A stretch of DNA of 64,000 bases. Origin: Octopus vulgaris (lineage: Eukaryota). This document shows positions 52,512 through 64,000 of this stretch, piece after piece. The stretch lies in assembly GCA_951406725.2 (NCBI GenBank), contig OX597839.1, positions 25,854,001-25,918,000 of the forward strand, given 5' to 3'. The notes below the pieces were generated by a model. The model was not told where the DNA came from and made no database searches. It saw nothing but the letters and a program-made list of their open reading frames with translations. The number at the start of each line of letters is the position of its first letter. The stretch's first letter is position 1. The translations under genes were made by a program, and so were the position numbers.

Positions 52512-53536
52512 AGAAGGTGTAGTTACTATGGTTAGCTGAAAAATCTTATCAGAGCTGAATCAACAGTGACTGCTAAGAAAAATATACCAATTCCTCAATC
52601 CAGATAAAAAAAAAAAATTAAAAAAAACTTAAAATAAATAAATAAAAACTAGGAGATAAAAATGACTATATGAAATGGTAATTTCTAAATTCCTTTCCAC
52701 TGAGCTGGGTTTTCCTCCCTCCTTCACGTGTTTCGTAACCAGGCAATCTCATGTGACAATTGCAACAGAGGAGACGGAGATCAATACCGTTACGCGTTTC
52801 CAGATATTGAGACTTAAGTAACATGATAGATTACTAATTATTTGTCAATTCATCCTTGACGATTTATTAAACAGCTTAATCGGAATCCCCTTCAAATTTC
52901 AATATTAGCAACCAAGAACTTAGAATGCTAGCTCTACTCCCCAAACTCAAGTTGCCAGGAAATCAATACTCTTTACTCTCTTACTTGTTTCAGTCATTTG
53001 ACTGCGGCCATGCTGGAGCACCACCTTTTAGTCGAGCAAATCGACCCCGGGACATATTCTTTGTAAGCCCAGTACTTATTCTATCGGTCTCTTTTGCCGA
53101 ACCGCTAAGTGACGGGGATGTAAACACACCAGCATCGGTTGTCAAGCAATGCTAGGGGGACAAACACAGACACACAAACATACACACACATACATATATA
53201 TATATATACATATATATGACGGGCTTCTTTTCAGTTTCCGTCTACCAAATCCACTCACAAGGCATTGGTCAGCCCGGGGCTATAGCAGAAGACACTTGCC
53301 CAAGGTGCCACGCAGTGGGACTGAACCCGGAACCATGTGGTTGGTTAGCAAGCTACTTACCACACAGCCACTCCTGCGCCTATAAAGAAAAACAATTAAC
53401 AAATACAAAAAATTAAAATAAGTTATGCACAACAATTGGTTCACAGGTAAAACTCAACTCAATTAACCTTTTCCATTGCTGTGTGTCGTCAACAACTTGA
53501 ACACAACTTGCATTGAAATTAGAGCCATTTTATTAA

Positions 53537-54135
53537 TACCTATTTCTTTACTACCCACAAGGGGCTAAACACAGAGAGGACAAACAGGGACAGACAAACG
53601 GATTAAGTCGATTATATCGACCCCAGTGCATAATTGGTACTTATTTAATTGACCCTGAAAGAATGAAAGGCAAAGTCGACCTCAGTGGAATTTGAACTCA
53701 GAACGTAGCAGCAGACAAAATACTTATTTCTTTACTACCCACAAGGGGCTAAACACCAAGAGGACAAACAAGGACAAACGGATTAAGTCGATTATATCAA
53801 CCCCAGTGCATAACTGGTACTTATTTAATTGACCCTGAAAGAATGAAAGGCAAAGTCGACCTCAGTGGAATTTGAACTCAGAACGTAGCGGCAGACAAAA
53901 TACCTATTTCTTTACTACCCACAAGGGGCTAAACGCAGAGAGGACAAACAAGGACAGACAAACGGATTAAGTCGATTATATCAACCCCAGTGCATAACTG
54001 GTACTTAATTTATCAACCCCGAAAGGATGAAAGGCAAAGTCGACCTTGGCGGAATTTGAACTCAGACGCAGCGGCAGACGAAATACTGCTAAGCATTTCA
54101 CCAGGCGTGCTAACGTTTCTGCCAGCTCGCCACCT
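53537..54135 (-). mobile_element. SINE family C, three tandem ~185-bp units (similar array at 36815-37230)
   Basis: Repeated aaggcaaagtcgacct..ggaatttgaactcagaacgt unit; head ggcgagctggcagaaacgttagc at 54135; central gcctttcatcctttcggggtcgataa motif is scattered across the window. Confidence 0.8.
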
Positions 54136-54757
54136 TAATTCTATTAATAACATGAACTTATTTTGAATTATTTCAAGGTGAACTGAGCAGAATGACAAAG
54201 CAAAATGGATTGAAAAATAAAGTGCTCCATATGATTCAGACCCGACCTCAAGATGTTTGACACAGTAAAATCTACACTAGTGGTTCTCAACCAGGGTTCG
54301 CATGACCCTTGTGGGCGGGCAGGGGGTGGCCCCTATAAGATTTTGTTGCTAAGCTTCATGTGCAATAAATCACTTACACTTCTACAACACACAAAAATAT
54401 TTTGATTGTTTTATACAATACCTAACAATAATTAGTAATAAAAACATAAGAGTCTTTAACACCTTGGGCAAAAATGTTACCACGGTGCCTTCAACAATAG
54501 CTTCAGGCCAACCAAAGCCTTGTGAGTGGATTTGGTACAAGGAAACTGTGTGGAAGCCTGTGGTGTGTGTGCCTCTTTGTCTCTACCATTGATTCTTATT
54601 TTACTTGGCTGGACCCCAACAGCCATTCGACATTTAAAAAGTCCTATTGTTAACCCTTTATTAACCCTATAATTAACCCTTTAACATTCGCATTATTATC
54701 TCCAAATTAATGCTTATTTATTCATTTTGTTATGAATTAATCAGGAATTAATTCCAC

Positions 54758-55420
54758 AGGCGCAGGAGTGGTTGTGTGGTAAGTAGCTTGTTTACCAACC
54801 ACACGGTCCCGGGTTCAGTCCCACTGCATGGCACCTGGGCAAGTGTCTTCTACTATCGCCTCGGGCCGACCAAAGCCTTGTGAGTGGATTTGGTAGACGG
54901 AAACTGAAAGAAGCCCGTCGTATATATATATGTATATATATATGTGTGTGTGCATGTATGTTTGTGTGTCTGTGTTTGTGCCCCTAGCATTGCTTGACAA
55001 CCGATGCTGGTGTGTTTACGTCCCCGTCACTTAGCGGTTCGGCAAAAGGAGCCCGATAGAATAAGTACTGGGCTTACAAAAGAATAAGTCCCGGAGTCGA
55101 GTTGCTCAATTAAAGGCGGTGCACTACTATAGCCTCGGGCCGACTAAAGCCTTGTGAGTGGATTTGGTAGACGGAAACTGAAAGAAGCCTGTCGTATATA
55201 TGTATATATGTATGTTTGTGTGTCTGTGTTTGTCCCCCTAGCATTACTTGACAACCGATGCTGGTGTGTTTATGTCCCCGTCACTTAGCGGTTCGGCGAA
55301 AGTAGCCCGATAGAATAAGTACCGGGCTTACAAAAAGAATAAGTCTCGGGGTCGAGTTGCTCGACTAAAAGGCGGTGCTCCAGCATGGCCGCAGTCAAAT
55401 GACTGAAACAAGTAAAAGAA
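54758..55420 (+). mobile_element. SINE family A dimer
   Basis: Full head, then a restart at tactatagcctcgggccg (~55125). Confidence 0.8.
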
Positions 55421-56363
55421 AAAAGAAAAAAAAGAAATCAACAGGAGGAGTTTGAGAGCAAAGCTAAGAGCGAGGGGGGGGGGCAAGGTGGAATGTAGGC
55501 CAGTCAAATAAGCAAATACGTTATTCAAGAACAACAACAGGTTAAAACTTAACAAAACCTCGCAGAGTTTGTTTGTGACTGCAATAAGTTTACAAAGAAA
55601 TCCAAGCCTCAAAGCCCTTCCACCACCCAGTCTTACATCTGTACGACCTGTTTCAACTTATCAATACATACAACCACTTGCTATTATTGTTTTGTTTGCT
55701 ACATAATAGTTCAAGGTAACCAAGTATGTTTTTTTTTAAAAAATGAGAGTTCTATTTTATTTTATTTTATTTATATATTTTTTTGCTTTTTTGGTTTTTT
55801 GCTTTTTTTTTTTTTTTGCTTTTTTGGGGATTTTTTTTGGTTTTTTTTTGTTCCCCCTCCTCTATTTAAAGAAAGCTTTCATGCTTTTGTTTATTTGCTC
55901 TTTTCGAAAGAAAATGAAAAGAGATAAACATAAAAAAGAAGAAAAAAGAAAAAAAAAATTGCCAGGAATATAAAAGAGCTATAAAACAGTTCTCATAGTT
56001 TATAGACCTGATTCCAAAAGGAAAAAGAAAAAAGAAAAGAAAAAAAGAAAAATAATTTAAAAAAAGCCAAGTGCTGTTCTTTCATGTTAAAAAGATTCCG
56101 AGGTGGCATATATGAAACTTAGGAAAAAAAAGTGGTGGTGGTAGTGCTGGTGGTGGAGGTGAAGCTAATTCGTAGAATGGGTAAAGACAAGTTGAACCAC
56201 AAAGAGATTATGGAAACCAACAGACACATCAGAAGGTAACAAGATGACCTACAGAATTTCTCCCACAATTATTTACCTCAGCTACCAAGTGGAAACGATT
56301 CTGCATCATCATCATCAGCATCATCATCACCTGATTCTGTAGATTAGAGGAGGTGGAGCACCC

Positions 56364-58639
56364 GTCTAACACCCGTGGACATATTTACAAAGTCAGAAAA
56401 CAGCACAGCTCCCATGACTTCAGGAAACATTTTTTCACGCTGAGAGTTGCTGAAGCATGGAACAAACTGCCGGCATCAGTTGTTAGTTGCCCGGAGCACT
56501 GCATCCTTCAAAACTTCCATGCTTCCTGAGTCCGTCTGTCTAACACCCGTGGACATATTTACAAAGTCAGAAAACAGCACAGCTCCCATGACTTCAGGAA
56601 ACATTTTTTCACGCTGAGAGTTGCTGAAGCATGGAACAAACTGCCAGCATCAGTTGTTAGTTGTCGGAGCACTGCATCCTTCAAAACTTCCATGCTTCCT
56701 GAGTCCGTCTGTCTAACACCCGTGGACATATTTACAAAGTCAGAAAACAGCACAGCTCCTTCCATGACTTTAGGAAACATTTTTTCACGCTGAGAGTTGC
56801 TGAAGCATGGAACAAACTGCCGGCATCAGTTGTTGGTTGTCGGAGCACTGCATCCTTCAAAACTTCCATGCTTCCCGAGTCCGTCTGTCTAACACCCGTG
56901 GACATGTTTACAAAGTCAGAAAACAGCACAGCTCCTTCCATGACTTAAGGAAACATTTTTTCACGCTGAGAGTTGCTGAAGCATGGAACAAACTGCCGGC
57001 ATCAGTTGTTAGTTGTCGGAGCACTGCATCCTTCAAAACTTCCATGCTTCCTGAGTCCATCTGTCTAACACCCGTGGACATATTTACAAAGTCAGAAAAC
57101 AGCACAGCTCCTTCCATGACTTAAGGAAACATTTTTTCACGCTGAGAGTTGCTGAAGCATGGAACAAACTGCCGACATCAGTTGTTAGTTGCCGGAGCAC
57201 TGCATCCTTCAAAACTTCCATGCTTCCTGAGTCCATCTGTCTAACACCCGTGGACATATTTACAAAGTCAGAAAACAGCACAGCTCCTTCCATGACTTAA
57301 GGAAACATTTTTTCACGCTGAGAGTTGCTGAAGCATGGAACAAACTGCCGGCATCAGTTGTTAGTTGTCGGAGCACTGCATCCTTCAAAACTTCCATGCT
57401 TCCTGAGTCCATCTGTCTAACACCCGTGGACATATTTACAAAGTCAGAAAACAGCACAGCTCCTTCCATGACTTAAGGAAACATTTTTTCACGCTGAGAG
57501 TTGCTGAAGCATGGAACAAACTGCCGGCATCAGTTGTTGGTTGTCGGAGCACTGCATCCTTCAAAACTTCCATGCTTCCCGAGTCCGTCTGTCTAACACC
57601 CGTGGACATGTTTACAAAGTCAGAAAACAGCACAGCTCCTTCCATGACTTAAGGAAACATTTTTTCACGCTGAGAGTTGCTGAAGCATGGAACAAACTGC
57701 CGGCATCAGTTGTTGGTTGTCGGAGCACTGCATCCTTCAAAACTTCCATGCTTCCCGAGTCCGTCTGTCTAACACCCGTGGACATGTTTACAAAGTCAGA
57801 AAACAGCACAGCTCCTTCCATGACTTAAGGAAACATTTTTTCACGCTGAGAGTTGCTGAAGCATGGAACAAACTGCCGGCATCAGTTGTTAGTTGTCGGA
57901 GCACTGCATCCTTCAAAACTTCCATGCTTCCTGAGTCCATCTGTCTAACACCCGTGGACATATTTACAAAGTCAGAAAACAGCACAGCTCCTTCCATGAC
58001 TTAAGGAAACATTTTTTCACGCTGAGAGTTGCTGAAGCATGGAACAAACTGCCGACATCAGTTGTTAGTTGCCGGAGCACTGCATCCTTCAAAACTTCCA
58101 TGCTTCCTGAGTCCATCTGTCTAACACCCGTGGACATATTTACAAAGTCAGAAAACAGCACAGCTCCTTCCATGACTTAAGGAAACATTTTTTCACGCTG
58201 AGAGTTGCTGAAGCATGGAACAAACTGCCGGCATCAGTTGTTAGTTGTCGGAGCACTGCATCCTTCAAAACTTCCATGCTTCCTGAGTCCATCTGTCTAA
58301 CACCCGTGGACATATTTACAAAGTCAGAAAACAGCACAGCTCCTTCCATGACTTAAGGAAACATTTTTTCACGCTGAGAGTTGCTGAAGCATGGAACAAA
58401 CTGCCGGCATCAGTTGTTAGTTGCCGGAGCACTGCATCCTTCAAAACTTCCATGCTTCCTGAGTCCATCTGTCTAACACCCGTGGACATATTTACAAAGT
58501 CAGAAAACAGCACAGCTCCTTCCATGACTTAAGGAAACATTTTTTCACGCTGAGAGTTGCTGAAGCATGGAACAAACTGCCGACATCGGTTGTTAGTTGT
58601 CGGAGCACTGCATCCTTCAAAACTTCCATGCTTCCTGAG
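56364..58639 (+). repeat. Tandem array, 13 x ~176 bp, derived from a CR1-like LINE ORF2 3' end
   Basis: Unit starts at 56364, 56538, 56711, then every 176 bp to 58471; unit encodes TRGHIYKVRKQHS..DFRKHFFTLRVAEAWNKLPASVVSCRSTASFK, a CR1 C-terminal motif. Confidence 0.92.
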
Positions 58640-58799
58640 ATTCGCCAACACTACACTTGATTTTCTCCCCTCCATACACACACAAGCATGTATCTGACTC
58701 ATACATTGTTCACTTCCCAGACATTTCTACATTACTGCATGTACTTTATAGGCACTTTCTGACAAGTTGTGGTGCACCTGAGCACTGAATACAATAATT

Positions 58800-58837
<38 letters not shown>
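58640..58837 (+). mobile_element. CR1-like LINE stop codon, 3'UTR and (ATT)n tail continuing the last array unit
   Basis: ...MLPEIRQHYT* then UTR ending gtgcacctgagcactgaatacaat and (att)n. Confidence 0.75.
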
Positions 58838-58838
<1 letters not shown>

Positions 58839-59644
58839 GTGTAGAGAAGCAGCAGCAGTAGTAGTAGAAACAAGGGAGGGAACCCAGCATAATCTGTTGT
58901 CCAAAGGCTTCCTCATCAAATAAGACGACCTTCCAGAATGGCTTTCTGTGTCTGTGTGCGCAATGCAAATATTAAAAATCTGCGCCGCCACAGCTAATTG
59001 GAGCTGCCCCAATAATTATTGATTGAATACACTCTAGTTAATTAGATCTACACAGCTAAATATTCTCTCTTTCTCAGACAAAAGGTCAGTCCTAAAACAC
59101 CAACAGCCAGTATCCTCTTGTCCCCATGGTATATGATGAACTTATCCAAATTTTTAAAATCCACTAAATAATTGTTACCGACATCGACCGCCTACTTTTT
59201 ATCTTTAGCTTGCATCAATCATTAGACTGTGGCCACGCTGGGGCACTGCCTTGAAGAACTTTTTAGTCGATTGAATCGATCCCAGTACATACTGTTTTTT
59301 TTAAAGCCTTGTACTTATTCCATTGATCTCTTTTGCTAAACCGTTAAGTTACAAGGGGCATAAACACACCAATATTGGTTGTCAAGTGGTGATCACACAC
59401 AATGAGCTTCTTTAAGTTTCCATTGACCAAATCCACTCACAAGGCTTTGGTTGACTTGAGGCTTTAGCAGAAAACATGCCCACAAGGTCCATTGCAGTGG
59501 GGCTGAACCCACAGTCATGTCAGCTCTGATCAAGCATACTTCTGATCAGAAAGTATTCCAGGCGGGCCCTTTTTAAAATTAAAAAAAATGTTCTCCCCCT
59601 AGATTTAACTAATTAACATTGATATTACTCTATCAAATGTAAAC

Positions 59645-60068
59645 AGGTAAAGACCCTCTTTGGTCACGAATGACCATGGGATTGCACCTGAAAAGTTCCC
59701 TTCCAAGACACAAATCTGGACAAGGTTGTTTATGGAAGACCAGCAGTCGCCCATTCATACCAGCCTCCCCCTCTCCTTGCCATTATATGTACATAGAGTA
59801 AAGGGTAAAGACCCCCTTCAGTCATGAATGACCATGGGACTATACCTACAAAGTGCCCCTCCAAGGTACCAGTCTGGGCGAAATTGTTTATGGAAGACCA
59901 GCAGTCCACCCATGCATACCACCAGCCTCCTCTCTCCAGGCCATGGATGTTATCCAAGGGAAAGGCAAAGGGGGCCGATACATCTTGGCACCAGTGACAT
60001 CGTAACTCATTTCTACAGATGAGCGAACTGGAGCAACGTGAAATAAAGTGTCTTGCTCAAGAACACAT
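59645..60068 (+). repeat. Interspersed repeat family E, partially duplicated (another copy at ~15890-16130)
   Basis: ggtaaagaccc..ttcggtcatgaatgaccatggga...ttgtttatggaagaccagcagtc shared by three segments. Confidence 0.7.
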
Positions 60069-60475
60069 TCACGTTTTGAATTAATCATGCCATTATCTCA
60101 CAGCTTCAGGATTTCTATTTCTATGATCTGATTGCTATTTTTAAAATGGCATTGTAGGGTAGGTGTGAAAGGTCAGATCTGGCTACTCTGAGCATAAAAC
60201 AGGTTGAATATTAGTGCTAGATCATCATCATCATCATCGTTTAACATCCGTTCTCCATGCTAGCATGGGTTGGACGGTTCGACCGAGGATCTGGGAAGCC
60301 AGAAGGCTGCACCAGGCTCCAGTCTTATCTGGCAATGTTTCTACAGCTGGATGCCCTTCCTAACGCCAACCACTCCGTGAGTGTAGTGGGTGCTTTTTAC
60401 ATGTATATATATATATATATATAAGTATATGTATATATACATATACATGTGTATGTATATATACATATACATGTG

Positions 60476-60513
<38 letters not shown>

Positions 60514-60533
60514 ATATGTATATATACATATAC

Positions 60534-60582
<49 letters not shown>

Positions 60583-61608
60583 TATATGTATATATACATA
60601 TACATGGCTAGATATGGCCAGTTTCAATGCTAAAGGGTTTAAGTACTTACAATCACAATTGCCAATATTTTGTTTCGAAGACAGTAGGAGTGAGATTTGC
60701 CTGCTATTTCTAGAAGGTCGAGCAAACACACAGAGACTCTCCAACTGGGTAAAACTAACTATAGTCAGCCACACTGGAACTAGACACAGCTGCCTTACTA
60801 CCCCTAGAAAAGGGGGCTCTTAATCAAAGACCCCCCAGAAGTTGAAGTTAGATGTACAGACATTTTAATTTCACTAATTTCACTAACCGGGAACGGAGGA
60901 GACGGGGGGGGGGGAGTACATGCGTGTGTGTGGGTGTGTGTGTTTGAAAAGCTTAAAGAGCATTAACAGAATTTAATTAAAGTTGAAAATATATTTCTCT
61001 CTGTGAAACATTTAGTGTCCTCCCCTCTCTCTCTCTCTCTCCACCCCCTTTACATCCAACAGATTTTTCACCATCAATAGACTCAACAGAGGCAACGCAC
61101 ATCAGGCTGACGTGAACAAATGCAGTTTTAAACATCAGAAAACATTACCAAAAAAAAAAATGTCGCAAATAAAAGATTAGCAGAGGAAAAAAAAACAAAA
61201 AAAAAACATTAAAAAAAACACAAAAAAAAAAATTTAAATATGTGTGTGTGTATGTGCATATGTTGTAGGGCTATGTGTCTGTATGTGTGTCTGCTGGAAT
61301 GTGTATGCATATGTATAAAAGCAACAGTGAACGACTATGTGTGTGTGTGTGTGTCTGTAAGAAAGTGTATGCATGTGTGGTTGTACATGTGAGGTTGTAC
61401 TTGAGGATATGCAAGTATGCATTGGATCCACACATACGCACAGAGGCAGGCATACCGACCGACCGACTGCTTGTTATCCGATAAGCATTTAGCGGTGAAT
61501 TACCAAACGTTATAGGGACTCTGGTTATGAAAACCGAAACTTCTCTGAGTCAAGAAAAAATTACTGAAATCACTGCAGTCCATTGGGAGATATTTTTAAA
61601 AACGCATT

Positions 61609-62208
61609 ACTCTTTACTCTTTTACTTGTTTCAGTCATTTGACTGCGGCCATGCTGGAGCACCGCCTTTAGTCGAGCAACTCGACCCCGGGACTTATTCT
61701 TTTGTAAGCCCAGTGCTTATTTTATCAGTCTCTTTTGCCGAACCGCTAGGTAACGGGGGACGTAAACACACCAGCATCGGTTGTCAAGCAATGCTAGGGG
61801 GACAAATACAGACACACAAACACACACACGCATATATATATATACATATATACTCTTTTACTTGTTTCAGTCATTTGACTGCGGCCATGCTGGAGCACCA
61901 CCCTTTAAAAAAATTTATTAGCATGAGTGGGGTTCGAACCCACGCGGACAGATGTCCATTGGAACTTAAGTCCAACGCCTTAACCACTCGGCCATCGTGC
62001 TGAACAAACACAGACACACACACACACATATATATATACATATATATGACGGGCTTCTTTCAGTTTCCGTCTACCAAATCCACTCACAAGGCTTTGGTTG
62101 GCCCGGGGCTATAGTAGAAGACACTTGCCCAAGGTGCCACACAGTGGGACTGAACCCGGAACCATGTGGTTGGTAAACAAGCTACTTACCACACTGCCAC
62201 TCCTGCGC
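61609..62208 (-). mobile_element. SINE family A chimera with an internal tRNA-Leu gene and a duplicated 3' half
   Basis: Head at 62208, body to ~62003, tRNA 62001-61919, SINE tail 61905-61851, second 3' half 61850-61609. Confidence 0.8.
61919..62001 (-). tRNA. tRNA-Leu(TAA) gene or young pseudogene
   Basis: AGCACGATGGCCGAGTGGTTAAGGCGTTGGAC-TTAAG-TTCCAATGGACATCTGTCCGCGTGGGTTCGAACCCCACTCATGCTA: 83 nt, A and B boxes, long variable arm, one C:A mismatch in the acceptor stem, T7 terminator downstream, no encoded CCA. Confidence 0.9.
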
Positions 62209-62695
62209 ATTTCGAAAAAATAAAGATAAAAACCTTCTAGAGATTTCCCCCCATTTCAAACACCAACCATGCGAGATCAGGCTATCACCAAGGCATTTGT
62301 CAGTTAAAACACGCCAGGGCCCTTTTCTGAATTGTCTCTGTAAATGGTAAATGCCTTCATACTTCCAGATGCCAGAGATTCAAAATACAGACGTTATCCC
62401 ATATAAAGTTTACATATATGGAATTACTGCAGCGATTTACTACAAACATATCAAAATGGCTCCATTTTCACATTTTTGCGTTTGTTTATTTTTTTTAAAG
62501 GAATGTCGATTGTGACGTATATCTAGCCACATATCTATATAAATTATGTCTATACCTATCTTTCATCATCATCATCATTTAACGTCTGTCTTCCATGCTG
62601 GCATGTGTGTGTGTGTGTGTCTAAATATACACATCTCTGTGTCTATATCAATCAATATCTATATATATTCATATACAAACTGCCTCTATCCATCC

Positions 62696-62734
<39 letters not shown>

Positions 62735-64000
62735 CACACACTTCATATATCTACCTGCATCTATTGCTATATCAATCAATCCCCTCTATATTTATATATA
62801 TATATATATATACATACGTGTGTGTTTGAATGTGTGTATGCATGCACGTATGTATACAAGTATATAAGCATGTATATATACATGCATATATGCGTGTGTG
62901 TGTGTGTGTATACATGCATATATGCGTGTGTATGTGTGTATATATATATATATATACATGCATATATGCATGTGTGTGTATGTATATATATATATATATA
63001 CACATGTGTGTGTTTGAATATGTGTGTATGCATGTGCATATGTAAACAAGTATATGTGCACATATATATACATGCATATATGCGTGTGTGTATAAATATA
63101 TATATATATATATATATACATATATAAAATGTATGCATTGTTCACCATTTATTGATACTTGCCTACGGTTCCCTTCCTCGTGTAATTTAGACTTTTAAAA
63201 ATATTTGTAATCGCCGACTGCTTTCAAGGATAGTGCATCTAGTTGCAGCTGCCGTTATTTATTCCGGCAGCCTCCGCATGTGCAGCAATGAGGCTGCTTT
63301 ACGAGATAAACATTTCAGTTATTTACACTGACAGCTTTGTGCCAAATTAAATATTATAATAAAACTTTTACCCACTTTTAAACAATCACACCGCATAAAT
63401 AATAATGGTTTCACATTTTGGCACCAGGCCAGCCATTTCGTGGGTTGGGTGTTAAGTTAACTGCACAGCCCCCCCCCCCACCAGTGCTCAACTGGTACTT
63501 AGCTCAACCCTTTAGTGTTCACATTATTATGCTAAAATTAATGTTTTGAATTAATCATGCATTATCTTGTAGCTATGAGATTTTGATGAGGTAGCTGTTA
63601 ATTTTTCAAACGATATTGTAGGGTTGGTGCGAGAGACCAGATCTGGTCAGTTTGGACATAAAACAGGCTGAATATTTTTGGCCGGATTTGGCCGGTTTAA
63701 ATGCTAAATGCTGAAAGGATTAACGGCAAAGTCAACCTCAATGGAATTTGAACTCAGAATACAATAAAAGAAAAACGAAATGTTACCCAAAGCATATCAT
63801 ACAGCCATGCCTATACCCATTTTAAACAGGATTTCCCAAGGAGGACACACTAGAACGGCAATAGAGCAAACTGCAGCCCATGGGACTTACTGAACAGTGG
63901 ATCTAATGAAACATTACCTTGAATTTTTTAGTTGGTAGAGTCTCAGGGAGGTTGGTGTCAAAAGGGTTAAAAGATTAGATGGTCATGGCTGGCAGCCCTT

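Noticed and set aside
56559-58525. Series of near-identical 69-aa and 105-aa ORFs that look like a gene cluster or CRISPR-like array
   Set aside because: Products of a head-to-tail LINE-derived repeat; no unique spacers, the 176-bp unit shifts frame, and the context is eukaryotic

Overview
AT-rich, repeat-dense eukaryotic DNA that looks like an octopod cephalopod genome (inferred from the tRNA-SINE families, RTE/CR1 LINE remnants and abundant microsatellites). The only host gene I can support is a TAO-family STE20 kinase (Tao/TAOK) on the minus strand. Nine GT-AG coding exons (49243 down to 23810) splice in frame into about 389 aa covering the full kinase domain and the Ser-rich linker. The coiled-coil C-terminal half is not visible and presumably lies left of position 1. 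The long intron after the Ser-rich exon holds an in-frame 63-nt cassette exon, a 53-nt exon with stops in all frames that ends in ATG, and candidate ATG-bearing internal start exons. Together these suggest a splicing/promoter system that separates the kinase half from the coiled-coil half. Other highlights: stacked uORFs in the 5'UTR exon, a tRNA-Leu(TAA) gene embedded inside a SINE, a 5S rRNA-SINE chimera, a 13-copy 176-bp array made from a CR1 LINE 3' end with an 880-bp higher-order duplication, a 179-bp tandem array, a 24-bp minisatellite inside a hAT MITE, Helitron-like and TTAA MITEs, and degenerate Penelope-type hammerheads. Repeat family assignments come from pattern recognition only; no database search was run.
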